Source: a virus (lineage: Duplodnaviria > Caudoviricetes). Taken from it: a stretch of 64,000 nt of DNA. The stretch's first letter is position 1. Every line of letters starts with the position of its first letter. The position numbers and the translations under genes were made by a program. The stretch is taken from IMG/VR virus record IMGVR_UViG_2600255140_000004, positions 28,658 through 92,657 of that record; one strand, 5' to 3'. The notes under the pieces are model-generated. The model was given only the letters and a program-made list of their open reading frames with translations. It searched no databases and was not told where the DNA came from. Of the stretch, positions 39,273 to 49,157 are shown in pieces.

Positions 39273-41283
39273 ATGAAACAAATGGAAAAAACAATCAGGG
39301 AATTGGTGAACCAACTCAATCAGGCATCAGATGCCTATTACAATGGCGGAAGGGAGATCATGAGCAACAAGGAATACGACAGCCGGTATGAGCAATTGTC
39401 AAAGCTGGAGCAGGAGACAGGATATGTCTTTCCGGACTCGCCGACACAGAACGTAGGCGCTGTCGTGAATGGGCTCAGGACAGTCCGGCATGAGTATCCG
39501 GCGCTGTCTCTGGACAAGACGAAAGACGTGAAAAAATTTTCCGTATTTGATGTCAGGGACCGGCAGGCAGTTGTAATGTGGAAACTGGATGGGAGTACCT
39601 GCGTGGCGACATATGACGGGGGGGAAACTCCAGGTACTGGCAACACGCGGCAATGGCGAAACCGGCAGTGACATTACCCATAATGCCCCATATATCCGGG
39701 GCCTGCCAATGACTATACCTTATCACGGGAAAGTTGTGGTACGGGGAGAGGCTGTTATGTCTTATGCGGATTTCAAGCGCGTGAATGCAAGGTTCCCGGA
39801 GGAAGAGCAGTACAGGAACCCCAGGAATCTTGCAAATGCCACCGTGAAACTGTACGACAGCAACCTGCTGAAAAACAGGCCTGTCGCGTTCGTGGCTTTC
39901 CGGCTGGTAGCTATGGAAGGGCTGCCGGGAAGTTTCCACAAACAGTTGTCTGTGTTAAACACGCTTGGTTTCAATGTGGTGGAACATACGACTTGCCCGG
40001 CCAGCGTGCTGGCTGACACATTGGAAACGTATACCCGTATGGCGGAATCATATCCGTACCCAGTAGACGGGCTTGTAGTTGCCGCGAATGATGCGGCATA
40101 TGCGGATGAACAGCCAGGAACGGGGAAATTCCCCAATAAACTTTCAGGATATGCCCTGAAATGGGCAGATGAAACGGAAGAAACCGTTCTGAGGGATATT
40201 GAATGGTCAGCGTCGAGGACAGGGCTCCTGAACCCAATAGCTGTATTTGACCCGGTGGAGCTGGAAGGAACCACCGTATCGAGGGCGACGCTCCATAATG
40301 TATCTTATGTGCTGGAAAAAGACCTGAAAGCTGGGGATCGCATTACAGTGTATAAAGCAAATAAGATTATTCCGGCAGTCGATGAGAACCTGGATGCAGA
40401 CGGCGCTTTCAGCAAAGGAGGAGTGAGCCTGATGCAGGCGTATGCGAGATACCTCCTGCCCATGAAGTGCCCGGTATGCGGGGCGAATACATCACTGTTT
40501 GAGAGTAACGGGACCTTGTTCCTCAAGTGCCTGAATGAAGACTGTGCGGCTAAAAAGATTGGAGCGCTCGTCCATTATGCGGAGCGCGACTGCGTGAACA
40601 TCGCGGGACTCTCCGAGTCAAAGGTCACTGCGCTGGTCAATCGCGGGTTCCTTAAAGGCTTTGTGGACTTGTACCGCCTGGGACAGTATAGGGATGAGAT
40701 TATAGCTATGGATGGTTTTGGCGAGAAATCCTATGCCCAGCTCCAGAAAGCGGTACAAGCCTCCCGGGCACCCAGTTTTGTGCCATTCATTCATGCGCTC
40801 GGGATACCGAACATCGGCAAGGGCCAGGCAAAGCTGTTAAGGAACTGGCTGGGGGAGATGTACCCGGATACAGCGTATATGGATTCGTTTCTTGATGCGG
40901 CGGCTCACGGAGTGGATTTCACCGTCATAGACGGGTTCGGGAGCGTCATGGATAAAAGCCTCAAGGAATGGCTGTGCCAGAACATGCAGATGCTCACTGA
41001 GCTGCTCATGGAGCTGGAAGTCACAGAAAAGCCTTCCGGAAATGTCCTGTCGGCGATCAGCGGCAAGACGTTTGTCGTTACGGGGAAAGTCACGCATTTT
41101 GCGAACCGCGATGAGATCAGGGCGAAGATTGAAACCTTCGGCGGACGGACGGCAGGATCCGTGTCAAAAAACACGGACTTCCTGATCAACAATGATGTGG
41201 AAAGCACATCAGGCAAAAACAGGAAAGCGAAAGAACTTGGCATCCCAATTATTTCAGAAGAAGAGTTTCTTTCCATGTATTAG
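39273..41283 (+). pseudogene. ligA: NAD-dependent DNA ligase, frameshifted at a G7 run as assembled
   Basis: KLDG adenylation motif, TRGNG, Zn finger, HhH, BRCT; two ORFs join if G7 at 39618-39624 is G6. Confidence 0.9.
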
Positions 41284-41815
41284 GGCAGACAGGCGGGGAA
41301 TCCCGCCTGTTTTTATAGGGGCTGATTCCAGAGTGCAGGGTTTCTGCTTTTCTTCCTATAATAAAGTGGATGGGAAAAAGGATGGATGGAACATTGCCCT
41401 GCGATGGATTACGCCAACGGCAGTTGGAAACGGGGGAGAGAATTGCAACAATTTACCAAGTTGGTGATATAGGGAAGGAGGATGGCAGCCCTGGCTCGTA
41501 ATTGACACCTGTGGGGCATGCTAAAGACATATGGCCAAGAAGAAAAAACAAAAACAATGTGAACATGAGTCTGCCTGTTTCTGGATCAGGGACAAACTCA
41601 ACCGGAAACCGCTGCCGTGCGATAAAAAGGATGGGGAATGCCGGAGCAATTATCCGATGCGGGTATTCTGATATTCAGTTATTTTTCCTTTTATTTTTCC
41701 ACATAAAATACTGCCCTGATTATTTTCAAGACGGTATCTACAAAACAAAAAAGCGCATGGTATTGATTTTTCTCTACCATGCACCTAAAGTCAACTTTTA
41801 CTATATAATTTTTCG

Positions 41816-42124
41816 TTACAGCAGCTTTAATAACTGTAACAGCTCATGCGACTCCCCTTTGGTAGAATCTGTCAGTCTTGTATCGAACTGCTGAAACCCA
41901 TTCTCACGATAGAAAGACAAAAGCCTTTCCTCGTCAGCCGCCTCCAAAAAGATAACCATGCCGCCCGCTAAATACTGTAACTGCTGTATCTGCCGTATCG
42001 CAAGCCCTAACAATTCTTTGCCTGAAATGCGTTCATGAAACAGCGTATCCTCTCCGAGTCTATGACTTCCATCGCCCAAATACTCACGAATGTTGAAAAC
42101 TGTGTATTTACTTGTTTCCTGCAT
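41816..42124 (-). pseudogene. GNAT-like toxin with apparent internal deletion
   Basis: ISGKELL..GGMVIFLEA..LLSFYRENGF C-terminal half; only 102 aa. Confidence 0.6.
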
Positions 42125-42302
42125 TCGCTTTCTTCCTTTTCTCCATAAATTTCGCTATATCTTTTGGGTCAGTTAAAAAAGTAGCGCTGACATTGACAGG
42201 AGGTGTAGGATTATTCGCAGACGCTTCGATTGCATCAGCAAACATCTCCACCTGTTTCTGGCCTGATATAACAAAATTCTTTGTAATGCTTGAAGTTGCC
42301 AT
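42108..42302 (-). CDS. Putative antitoxin paired with GNAT gene
   Basis: MATSSITKNFVI..FADAIEAS, overlapping the GNAT start. Confidence 0.6.
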   Translation of the reverse strand: MATSSITKNFVISGQKQVEMFADAIEASANNPTPPVNVSATFLTDPKDIAKFMEKRKKANAGNK

Positions 42303-42632
42303 AAGAAACACCTCCTTTATCAGTATGGCTTATTTTACAGCATACATACTTCCCTGTTTATATTGTATGGTTTTATTGCCACTTTTGCAACAAAATAACT
42401 ATGAATTTTTTTACCTACATTGTTGCCTCCTTCCCTTTTTCCTTATGGTTCTCCTGTTTCTCCTTTCCCGCTGCTTTCACTTTGAACGCCTCCAGCCTTT
42501 CTTTTAACGATACTCTCTGCACAGGCTTGTCAGCCATTGCCGCAGCAGTTCTAAGCCCTCCTTTTTTGTAAGAAAAATTTCTGATGTCATCAAATTATCC
42601 TTGAAAAGACAATCATTAAAGGAGGATTTGAT

Positions 42633-43679
42633 ATGAAGAAAACATTTAAAGTTGTTGTTGACTGCGACGATGTGCTGTTCGATTGCAATGGGTATGCAGT
42701 TACGAAATTGAACCGTGAAAAGGAGTACGCTTACAAAAAGGAAGATATTACCGCATGGGGCGAACTTGGGTGCGGCTTGGACGAACGCCTCATATATTTC
42801 CGGGATCCAGTGTTTGTACGGGATATGCCGGTGCTGCCTAAAGCCAGGGAATTTATCCAGGCATTGAGCAGGCGTGCGGAAATCTTCATTGCGACGAGCG
42901 TAGCCGCAGAATGTGCCGGGGAACGCGTTTCGTCGATTATACGGAATTTCCCTGAAATCAACCCTGAAAATATTCTGATTGGAACGCGTAAGGACATGCT
43001 GAAGGCAGATATGCTGCTGGATGACTGCCCGGATCACATCAGGAGTGCAGAAGTCACATATCCCGTCCTGTTCCGCCAGCCATGGAACCTCAGTGTGTCG
43101 GGCGTGATCTCCACGACCACATACCGGGAATTTCTTACTTTGGTGGATATGGTCCAAAAACCGGAGCCGGAGATGGATCCCATGTCCCCGGTTGTCCTTG
43201 TCGGGCCATCTGGGGCTGGGAAAAACCGTGTTGCGACGGCGCTGGAAGAGACCGGACGTTACAGGCGCGTGATGGGGTACACCACGAATGCTGGCTCCCG
43301 TGCATTCTACCGTTGCGTAAGCTGGGAGCAGTTCCACTATAAGCGCAATGATTTTGTGGAAACATCCTCTTACATGGGGGAAATGTACGGGACCTGCCGG
43401 GAGGATGTGGAAAGCGTCTTCCGCGAGGGCCGTATCCCGCTGCTTGTCATGGACATTAACGGTGCAGTCAACATGCGGCTGGAGTATGGCGCGCGGATCA
43501 TATTTGTCTCAGCCGGGAAGGAGGAGTGCATCCGTGATATCCTGAGCCGGGGGCTGCCTCTGGAAGAGACGATACGCAGGATCAGTTCGATTGATGGCGA
43601 AATGAAAAATGAAACGCTGTGTGACATGACTGTATCCGGAACCGGGTTCCGGGTTTCTTCTTTGGAAAAAACGCCTTAA
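42633..43679 (+). CDS. HAD 5'(3')-deoxyribonucleotidase fused to guanylate-kinase-like domain
   Basis: VVDCDDVL, LLDD, QPWN; then LVGPSGAGKN, GYTT, YMGEMYGT. Confidence 0.85.
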   Translation: MKKTFKVVVDCDDVLFDCNGYAVTKLNREKEYAYKKEDITAWGELGCGLDERLIYFRDPVFVRDMPVLPKAREFIQALSRRAEIFIATSVAAECAGERVSSIIRNFPEINPENILIGTRKDMLKADMLLDDCPDHIRSAEVTYPVLFRQPWNLSVSGVISTTTYREFLTLVDMVQKPEPEMDPMSPVVLVGPSGAGKNRVATALEETGRYRRVMGYTTNAGSRAFYRCVSWEQFHYKRNDFVETSSYMGEMYGTCREDVESVFREGRIPLLVMDINGAVNMRLEYGARIIFVSAGKEECIRDILSRGLPLEETIRRISSIDGEMKNETLCDMTVSGTGFRVSSLEKTP

Positions 43680-43756
43680 GGCGTTTTTTTTCATATTAAA
43701 CAGGGAAAGAAAAATGTCGAAAGGATTAAGGGCGGAAACCGCCGCCCGGGTGGTTG

Positions 43757-44581
43757 ATGATGGATGCCTTGGAATTGCTGAAAAAGAAACAACTGACTGC
43801 CGAAGAAGAACGGGCAGTATTTGAATATTATAAATTGCACCGCACCCAGGAAGTGCGGAATCTGATCGTTGAGAGAAATACCGGGCTGTGCCGGTATATT
43901 GCGAGACGGTTTTCGGGGCTGGGGCTCGAAGATGAAGAACTTGTACAGGAGGGCGTGATCGGGCTGATTACGGCTGTTGAAAAATTTGATGAGTCGCGGG
44001 GGATCAAGTTTTCTACCTATGCCTGCCATTGGATCCGGCAGGCAATCGGCAGGAGCGTGGTCAATACTGGGAAAATGATCCGTTTGCCAGTGCATATGGC
44101 AGATAAAGTTTGGAAGGTCTGTGAGTTTCAGAAAATATATAAGAATGAATATAACAAAATGCCAACAGAGAAAGAGATTGCAGAAGAGCTAGGCATGGGC
44201 ATGGAGAGTGTGGAGTCAGTGCTGTGCGTAATGGAAATGCAGAAACTCACTTCCCTGAACCGGCGGCTCCTCGAAGGGGATGACGACAAGGACAAAGAGA
44301 TTATAGATATCCTGGCTGATGAAAAAAACTCTGGTTTTGCTGAACAGGTAGAACAGGAATATGGCTATCAGGCAGTGCGTGAGCAAGTGGACAGGGTTCT
44401 GAGTACCCGTGAACGAGAGGTAATCTATATGAGGTTCGGGTTTGATGGAAGGAGACCGTTAACGCTTGAGGAAGTTGGGAGACATATGGGAGTTACCAGG
44501 GAGCGGATCCGGCAGATTGAAAACAAAGCCCTTGCCAAGCTGAGAAGAGGCGGGCGTAACCTGCAGGGCTTTGTCAGTTAG
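43757..44581 (+). CDS. RpoD-like sigma-70 factor lacking region 1.1
   Basis: LVQEGVIGLITAVEKFD, FSTYACHWIRQAI, IRLPVHM, TLEEVG..VTRERIRQIENKAL. Confidence 0.93.
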   Translation: MMDALELLKKKQLTAEEERAVFEYYKLHRTQEVRNLIVERNTGLCRYIARRFSGLGLEDEELVQEGVIGLITAVEKFDESRGIKFSTYACHWIRQAIGRSVVNTGKMIRLPVHMADKVWKVCEFQKIYKNEYNKMPTEKEIAEELGMGMESVESVLCVMEMQKLTSLNRRLLEGDDDKDKEIIDILADEKNSGFAEQVEQEYGYQAVREQVDRVLSTREREVIYMRFGFDGRRPLTLEEVGRHMGVTRERIRQIENKALAKLRRGGRNLQGFVS

Positions 44582-44659
44582 GAGTGCTTGTGCAGTTTCT
44601 TTTTGGGGGAGAATTTCCAAATTGTCTTTGAGAAGACAATCATTAAAGGAGGTTTTGCC

Positions 44660-45313
44660 ATGGAAAGCCAAATGAAACGGCTGAAAGAAGAGGCCGATAT
44701 CAAAACGGTCGTGGATGCGTTGGGGATTCCTGTGGAGAGGAAAGGCATGAATTATTTCCTGTGCTGCCCTTCCCCGGAGCATGACGACACGAACCCAAGT
44801 GCTTATTTTAAGGACGGATGGAATAATATTTACTGTAATTCTTGCTGCCGTGCCTTTAAAGCCCTTGACGTGATCATGATGACAGCTGGCTGGGATATAA
44901 AGGAGGCGGCAAATTACTTATGGGAACTCGAAGGCTGCCCGGACTGGTTCGTTGCAAGCGAGGAAGAGCGCATGTCCTTTTCCCTGACTCCGCAGGAGGC
45001 GCGTACTATTGGGCTCCGGCCAAGCGGGGAGGCAGCATGCTGCGTGTCATATGGCGATATGAAACGCCCGCTCAGGTTGAATGAGCACTATGCTCCACAT
45101 GTGACATACGGGTATCTGAAAGTGAAGAATACCCGTGTGTCATGGAAGGATTTTATGTCGGAGCAGGAGTTTGCCGGGCTGGTCATACGCAAGGCGGCAG
45201 AGGCGGCAGAGACGTACAGGCGTTACGGAATGAAAAGGGAAACCGATCAGGCGATTGCGGTGCTGCGGCGCGCAGCCAAAGCCCGACAGGCTTGGGAGAG
45301 ACTGTCAGCGTGA
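44660..45313 (+). CDS. Protein with primase-type CHC2 zinc-binding domain, no TOPRIM
   Basis: CPSPEHDDTNPS..CNSC. Confidence 0.7.
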   Translation: MESQMKRLKEEADIKTVVDALGIPVERKGMNYFLCCPSPEHDDTNPSAYFKDGWNNIYCNSCCRAFKALDVIMMTAGWDIKEAANYLWELEGCPDWFVASEEERMSFSLTPQEARTIGLRPSGEAACCVSYGDMKRPLRLNEHYAPHVTYGYLKVKNTRVSWKDFMSEQEFAGLVIRKAAEAAETYRRYGMKRETDQAIAVLRRAAKARQAWERLSA

Positions 45314-45375
45314 CAGTTTTTCCCTTTTTTACACCATATTCCAAGCGAATGATTTTCATAAAAGGAGGAGAAGAA

Positions 45376-45930
45376 ATGGATAATTTTTCGCAGGAAAAAT
45401 GGATGGAACGGTGCCGGCTTTTTGAACGCAACAAGCGCGGGCTTGGATTTGATGTTATATTCCGGATAAGCGAAGACGGGAAAGGGAAGATTAAATTCCG
45501 GAACCTGGAGGACAGGTACATAAATACGCTGGGAGCATTAGCATGTGAGGTCATCCACGGCACAATGCTGGTGTTCCGGGATATGGTTACGCCTGCTACA
45601 TATGCAAGGGAGGAAGACAGGCAGGCTCAGGCTGCGCTCCATGCGGCGGAACTCCGTAATATAGAGCGGTATGTGCAGGTCATGCTGGATGAAGGGATAG
45701 ACAAGGCGTTGGATGTGTTTGCCACAAAACAGGTACTGATACAGTTCGCTTATGATGCAGCGCATATGTCTTATGAAGGCGGGCAATGGGTGTCCCCATG
45801 CGGCGATCCATACAAGGATGGTGTTTTTGTTGATCGGGATACCGGAAAGCAGTATTTTTCCTATTATTCTCCCGTGTGGGAGCTCCTATTGGATGACGGA
45901 GCTGCCACCAGGGAATCAGGGAGGGCGTGA
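45376..45930 (+). CDS. Hypothetical protein
   Basis: Strong RBS and shared leader motif. Confidence 0.7.
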   Translation: MDNFSQEKWMERCRLFERNKRGLGFDVIFRISEDGKGKIKFRNLEDRYINTLGALACEVIHGTMLVFRDMVTPATYAREEDRQAQAALHAAELRNIERYVQVMLDEGIDKALDVFATKQVLIQFAYDAAHMSYEGGQWVSPCGDPYKDGVFVDRDTGKQYFSYYSPVWELLLDDGAATRESGRA

Positions 45931-45999
45931 TGCCCTTCCTTTTTTCGGTGCTTTTCCCAAATTGTCATTGTAAAAATTTCATTAAGAGGAGGAACTGAT

Positions 46000-47388
46000 A
46001 TGAAGATTCAGGATTTTGGAGAAAAGATCGGCGGGGCAAGAAAAGACATGTGGAAGAGGGAAGGCCTTGGAGTTTCAGATCTTGAAAGCTTGAATGAAGC
46101 TGAGAGGGCGATGTACGTCACCAAACAGTATGTATGGCCGATGCCGTCAGGAAAGGAGCAGGTGAAGTCCGGTACTGACGTGTTCGTAGCCTACTGGCAG
46201 CGCACCATCCGCAATATGTCCAGCCCGGCACCGCGCCTTTACCAGCACAAGACAAAACTTGAGAGCATAGAAACGTTCATCATCCAGCTTGGTGACCTCC
46301 GGGATCATGTGATGGCATGCAGGACGAGGGATGATGTTGCCCGTTTTGAAGAAGAGTCTGTCAAGGACGATTACGATATCGGCCACTGGTCCGATATCAT
46401 ACGGATTGGGAACCTGCGTTCCTTGAAATGGCAGAAAGGCACACTTGCGCGGAAGATGGAACGTGCGAACTTCCCTGAAGGGAAGAAAATAGGGCAGAAA
46501 CAGAAAAAACGGAAATTTATGCCGCCACAGCTTGACCATATCGAGCGTACAGGCACGGATTACCGCCGCGGCAGGCATATCACGCCGAAACAATGGCAGA
46601 AGGAGTTCGGTTTCCGAGGCGTTGAGTTCGGGAACTGGTGCTCCCAGGCTGACCGCCGTGTTTCAATGGATATGTGCTATGACGCGCTGAAAGATATGGC
46701 ATATGCGGTCAGGATCATGGATTCCGATGTGACGTTCGGAGGGAGTCTTGCCCTTGCGTTCGGGGCACGCGGGCATTCCGCCGCGAGTGCTCATTATGAG
46801 CCGTTGCGGGAAGTCATCAACCTGACTAAAATGAACGGGGCAGGGTGCACTGCCCATGAATGGGCGCATGCGCTGGATGATAAGCTGGCAAAGACCTTCG
46901 GAGGCCAGGTGAACAAGCTTGCCAGTGAACAGACGGACCAGGGCGCGTTTCCTGAGAGTTTTGTAAAACTGGTCAATGGGCTGCGGAAGGACGCAGACGG
47001 CAACCTTACGGATTACTTCCGTGGTTCCAAGCATTTTGACAGGCTTTTTTCAAAAGACGGGCACGGATACTGGGCATCCCCCTGTGAAATGTTTGCCCGT
47101 GCATTTGCCTGCTATGTGAAGGATACGCTTGGGGAAAAAAGCGATTATCTGTATGCACACGCAGACTGTTATGAGTTTGAATTTGATGACCAGTCCATAT
47201 GCGCGATCCCACAAGGAGAGGAAAGGGAGATTTTTGACGAAATGTTCGACCTCCTGTTTCATGACCTGCGTAGGATTGGGTTCTTCCATGAACGTGTGGA
47301 GGAGGAAGAGAGTGTGATCATGCTTTCGGATTTCCCGGAAACAGAATTCCCCTTTGAAGATGATGGGCAGCTCCTGCTATTCCTGTAA
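46000..47388 (+). CDS. Large-polyvalent-protein (LPD1-like) domain protein with zincin motif
   Basis: DFGEKIGGARKD, FRGVEFGNW, LAFGARG, HEWAHALD, EMFARAF. Confidence 0.8.
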   Translation: MKIQDFGEKIGGARKDMWKREGLGVSDLESLNEAERAMYVTKQYVWPMPSGKEQVKSGTDVFVAYWQRTIRNMSSPAPRLYQHKTKLESIETFIIQLGDLRDHVMACRTRDDVARFEEESVKDDYDIGHWSDIIRIGNLRSLKWQKGTLARKMERANFPEGKKIGQKQKKRKFMPPQLDHIERTGTDYRRGRHITPKQWQKEFGFRGVEFGNWCSQADRRVSMDMCYDALKDMAYAVRIMDSDVTFGGSLALAFGARGHSAASAHYEPLREVINLTKMNGAGCTAHEWAHALDDKLAKTFGGQVNKLASEQTDQGAFPESFVKLVNGLRKDADGNLTDYFRGSKHFDRLFSKDGHGYWASPCEMFARAFACYVKDTLGEKSDYLYAHADCYEFEFDDQSICAIPQGEEREIFDEMFDLLFHDLRRIGFFHERVEEEESVIMLSDFPETEFPFEDDGQLLLFL

Positions 47389-47532
47389 TATTCCTGTAAA
47401 AAGAGGCCGCGGAAACGGTTTCTTTTTTTGTTATTCTCTTTTCTTCCATATTGTAATCGGAAACGAAGGTAAGGAAAATAGAAAGGAGGAGGCGGAGTTT
47501 CCCGCGGACGTGGGGGACTCGCCCTATTATTT

Positions 47533-49119
47533 ATGAGACAGGAAGCAAAGGTACAGGTTTATCAGGAGCTATACAGCAGCATGAAAGATGAGCCGGGAGT
47601 GGAAGGGCTTGGATATCCGAAGGAGAAAAAGAATTTTGATTTCTTTTTTGATTTCGAGGGGATGCATGTGGATTTTTCATTGATGGACGGGGCAGACCTG
47701 TTCCGCATGGAGACATCAAGGATCTATCCAGGCTGTGATGACAGGCAGCTCGGGGAGATCAGCAAGGAGCTGGAGACAGGGCGGTTCATCCGCTGCAGCT
47801 ATTACAACGAAAAGATCACGCTCAAGCATACCCATCCGCTTGCAGGGAAACCGGATGAAGTTGCCGCCAGGGAAGTGAAACAGTCTGTCAGGCAGTTCCT
47901 TGCGTTTTTGAAGGACAATAAAGTGGCGCTTGGAAAACATGGATATGTGCCTGTAAAAAAGGAACATCCGGAAATACTGCCGGATGAACCGCCAAAGATA
48001 CCGACAGAGCCGGAATCTGCGGTAATCACGGAACCCCCGGGAAACCTTGGACAGGAGCCGGCAGGGACCTTGCCTGTGACAGAAACCGAGTGCCCGCCTG
48101 AACCAGAGCAATCCCCGGAATGTCAGGCAGAATCAATATCCCTGCCGGAATCCCAGATGCCGGAATATGCAGCAGAGGGGGCGCGGCAGGATCCTGGCTT
48201 GGAAACAGGGATGCCGGGAGGGCAGAAAACACCGGCAATGGAGATGCAAATGCCAGAGAGCCAGACGTATTCCGCTGAAGTAGTCAAACAGATGCGTAGC
48301 ATGTATGCGGATATGGACAAGGTGTTCCGCGCAAGGAAGGAACAGATGGATTACCGCGAAGAGACACTGGATAAGAGGGAATCCGTGCTTGATTCCAGGG
48401 AGGCTGGGATTGACATTAAGGCAGAAGAGCTGCAGCGGAAAGCTGAACAGTGGGATATCAGGGAAGCGGAATACCAGGCACGGGAAATGCAGCTATCCGT
48501 CAGGGAAGAAACGGCAGAGGCTGCGGAACGCAGCCTTGAGGACAGGAAACGCTACATTGACAGCCTGGAGAGCGAAAAGAACCGGGATGATGCAGGGGCG
48601 CTCAGGAAACAGATTGCCGAACTGAGGTCGGAGCGTGACGCTCAGGAACATGTGATCACGGAATTGAGGGAAACTATGCGTAAGGAGAGCGCACGGCTCC
48701 AGCTGGAGGCTCATAGTGCAGATAAACGTTGGCAGACATTGTGCAGCCAAAAGGATGCAGAGTATGCAAGAGCCTGTGCGGAGGCAAATGCCCTCAAGAC
48801 GGAGCTGGAAGGGAAAAGGCCGGCTGATGTGATGGAAGTGCTGTCTGCCCTTGACATGGCAGGAACAGAGGAAAATGGCGGCATCCATGTGCAGGCCGGT
48901 GCCATAAGCATCCGGATCCGTCCAGACCGGAACATGCTCCGTGCCGAGCGTCCTGTAAAAAGAGGGGGCAGATACCGGGGAAGTGCAATCCAGTGGAATG
49001 AGAAAGATGAGACAATGGCATTCCTCGTCTATGACAAAAAGATTGAGTGCCTGCTCTGTTACCATGATCTGAAACTGGCGTTAGAAACGGTTATGGAGAA
49101 ATTCTCTGATTTAAAATAA
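47533..49119 (+). CDS. Hypothetical protein with P/E-rich linker and coiled coil
   Basis: 528-aa ORF; hairpin-split RBS. Confidence 0.7.
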   Translation: MRQEAKVQVYQELYSSMKDEPGVEGLGYPKEKKNFDFFFDFEGMHVDFSLMDGADLFRMETSRIYPGCDDRQLGEISKELETGRFIRCSYYNEKITLKHTHPLAGKPDEVAAREVKQSVRQFLAFLKDNKVALGKHGYVPVKKEHPEILPDEPPKIPTEPESAVITEPPGNLGQEPAGTLPVTETECPPEPEQSPECQAESISLPESQMPEYAAEGARQDPGLETGMPGGQKTPAMEMQMPESQTYSAEVVKQMRSMYADMDKVFRARKEQMDYREETLDKRESVLDSREAGIDIKAEELQRKAEQWDIREAEYQAREMQLSVREETAEAAERSLEDRKRYIDSLESEKNRDDAGALRKQIAELRSERDAQEHVITELRETMRKESARLQLEAHSADKRWQTLCSQKDAEYARACAEANALKTELEGKRPADVMEVLSALDMAGTEENGGIHVQAGAISIRIRPDRNMLRAERPVKRGGRYRGSAIQWNEKDETMAFLVYDKKIECLLCYHDLKLALETVMEKFSDLK

Positions 49120-49157
49120 GGAAGGAGGATGCGGAGGCTTCCGCCTCCGCTATATTT

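Noticed and set aside
39618-39628. Programmed -1 frameshift at GGGAAAC in ligA
   Set aside because: The heptamer is out of register and restoring the frame needs +1, not -1
41290-41690. Gene or ncRNA after ligA
   Set aside because: Only short interrupted frames and no convincing structure; probably a decayed gene
43720-43760. Sixth split-RBS case before the RpoD-like sigma
   Set aside because: A GGGTGG SD-like sequence lies downstream of the stem at normal spacing
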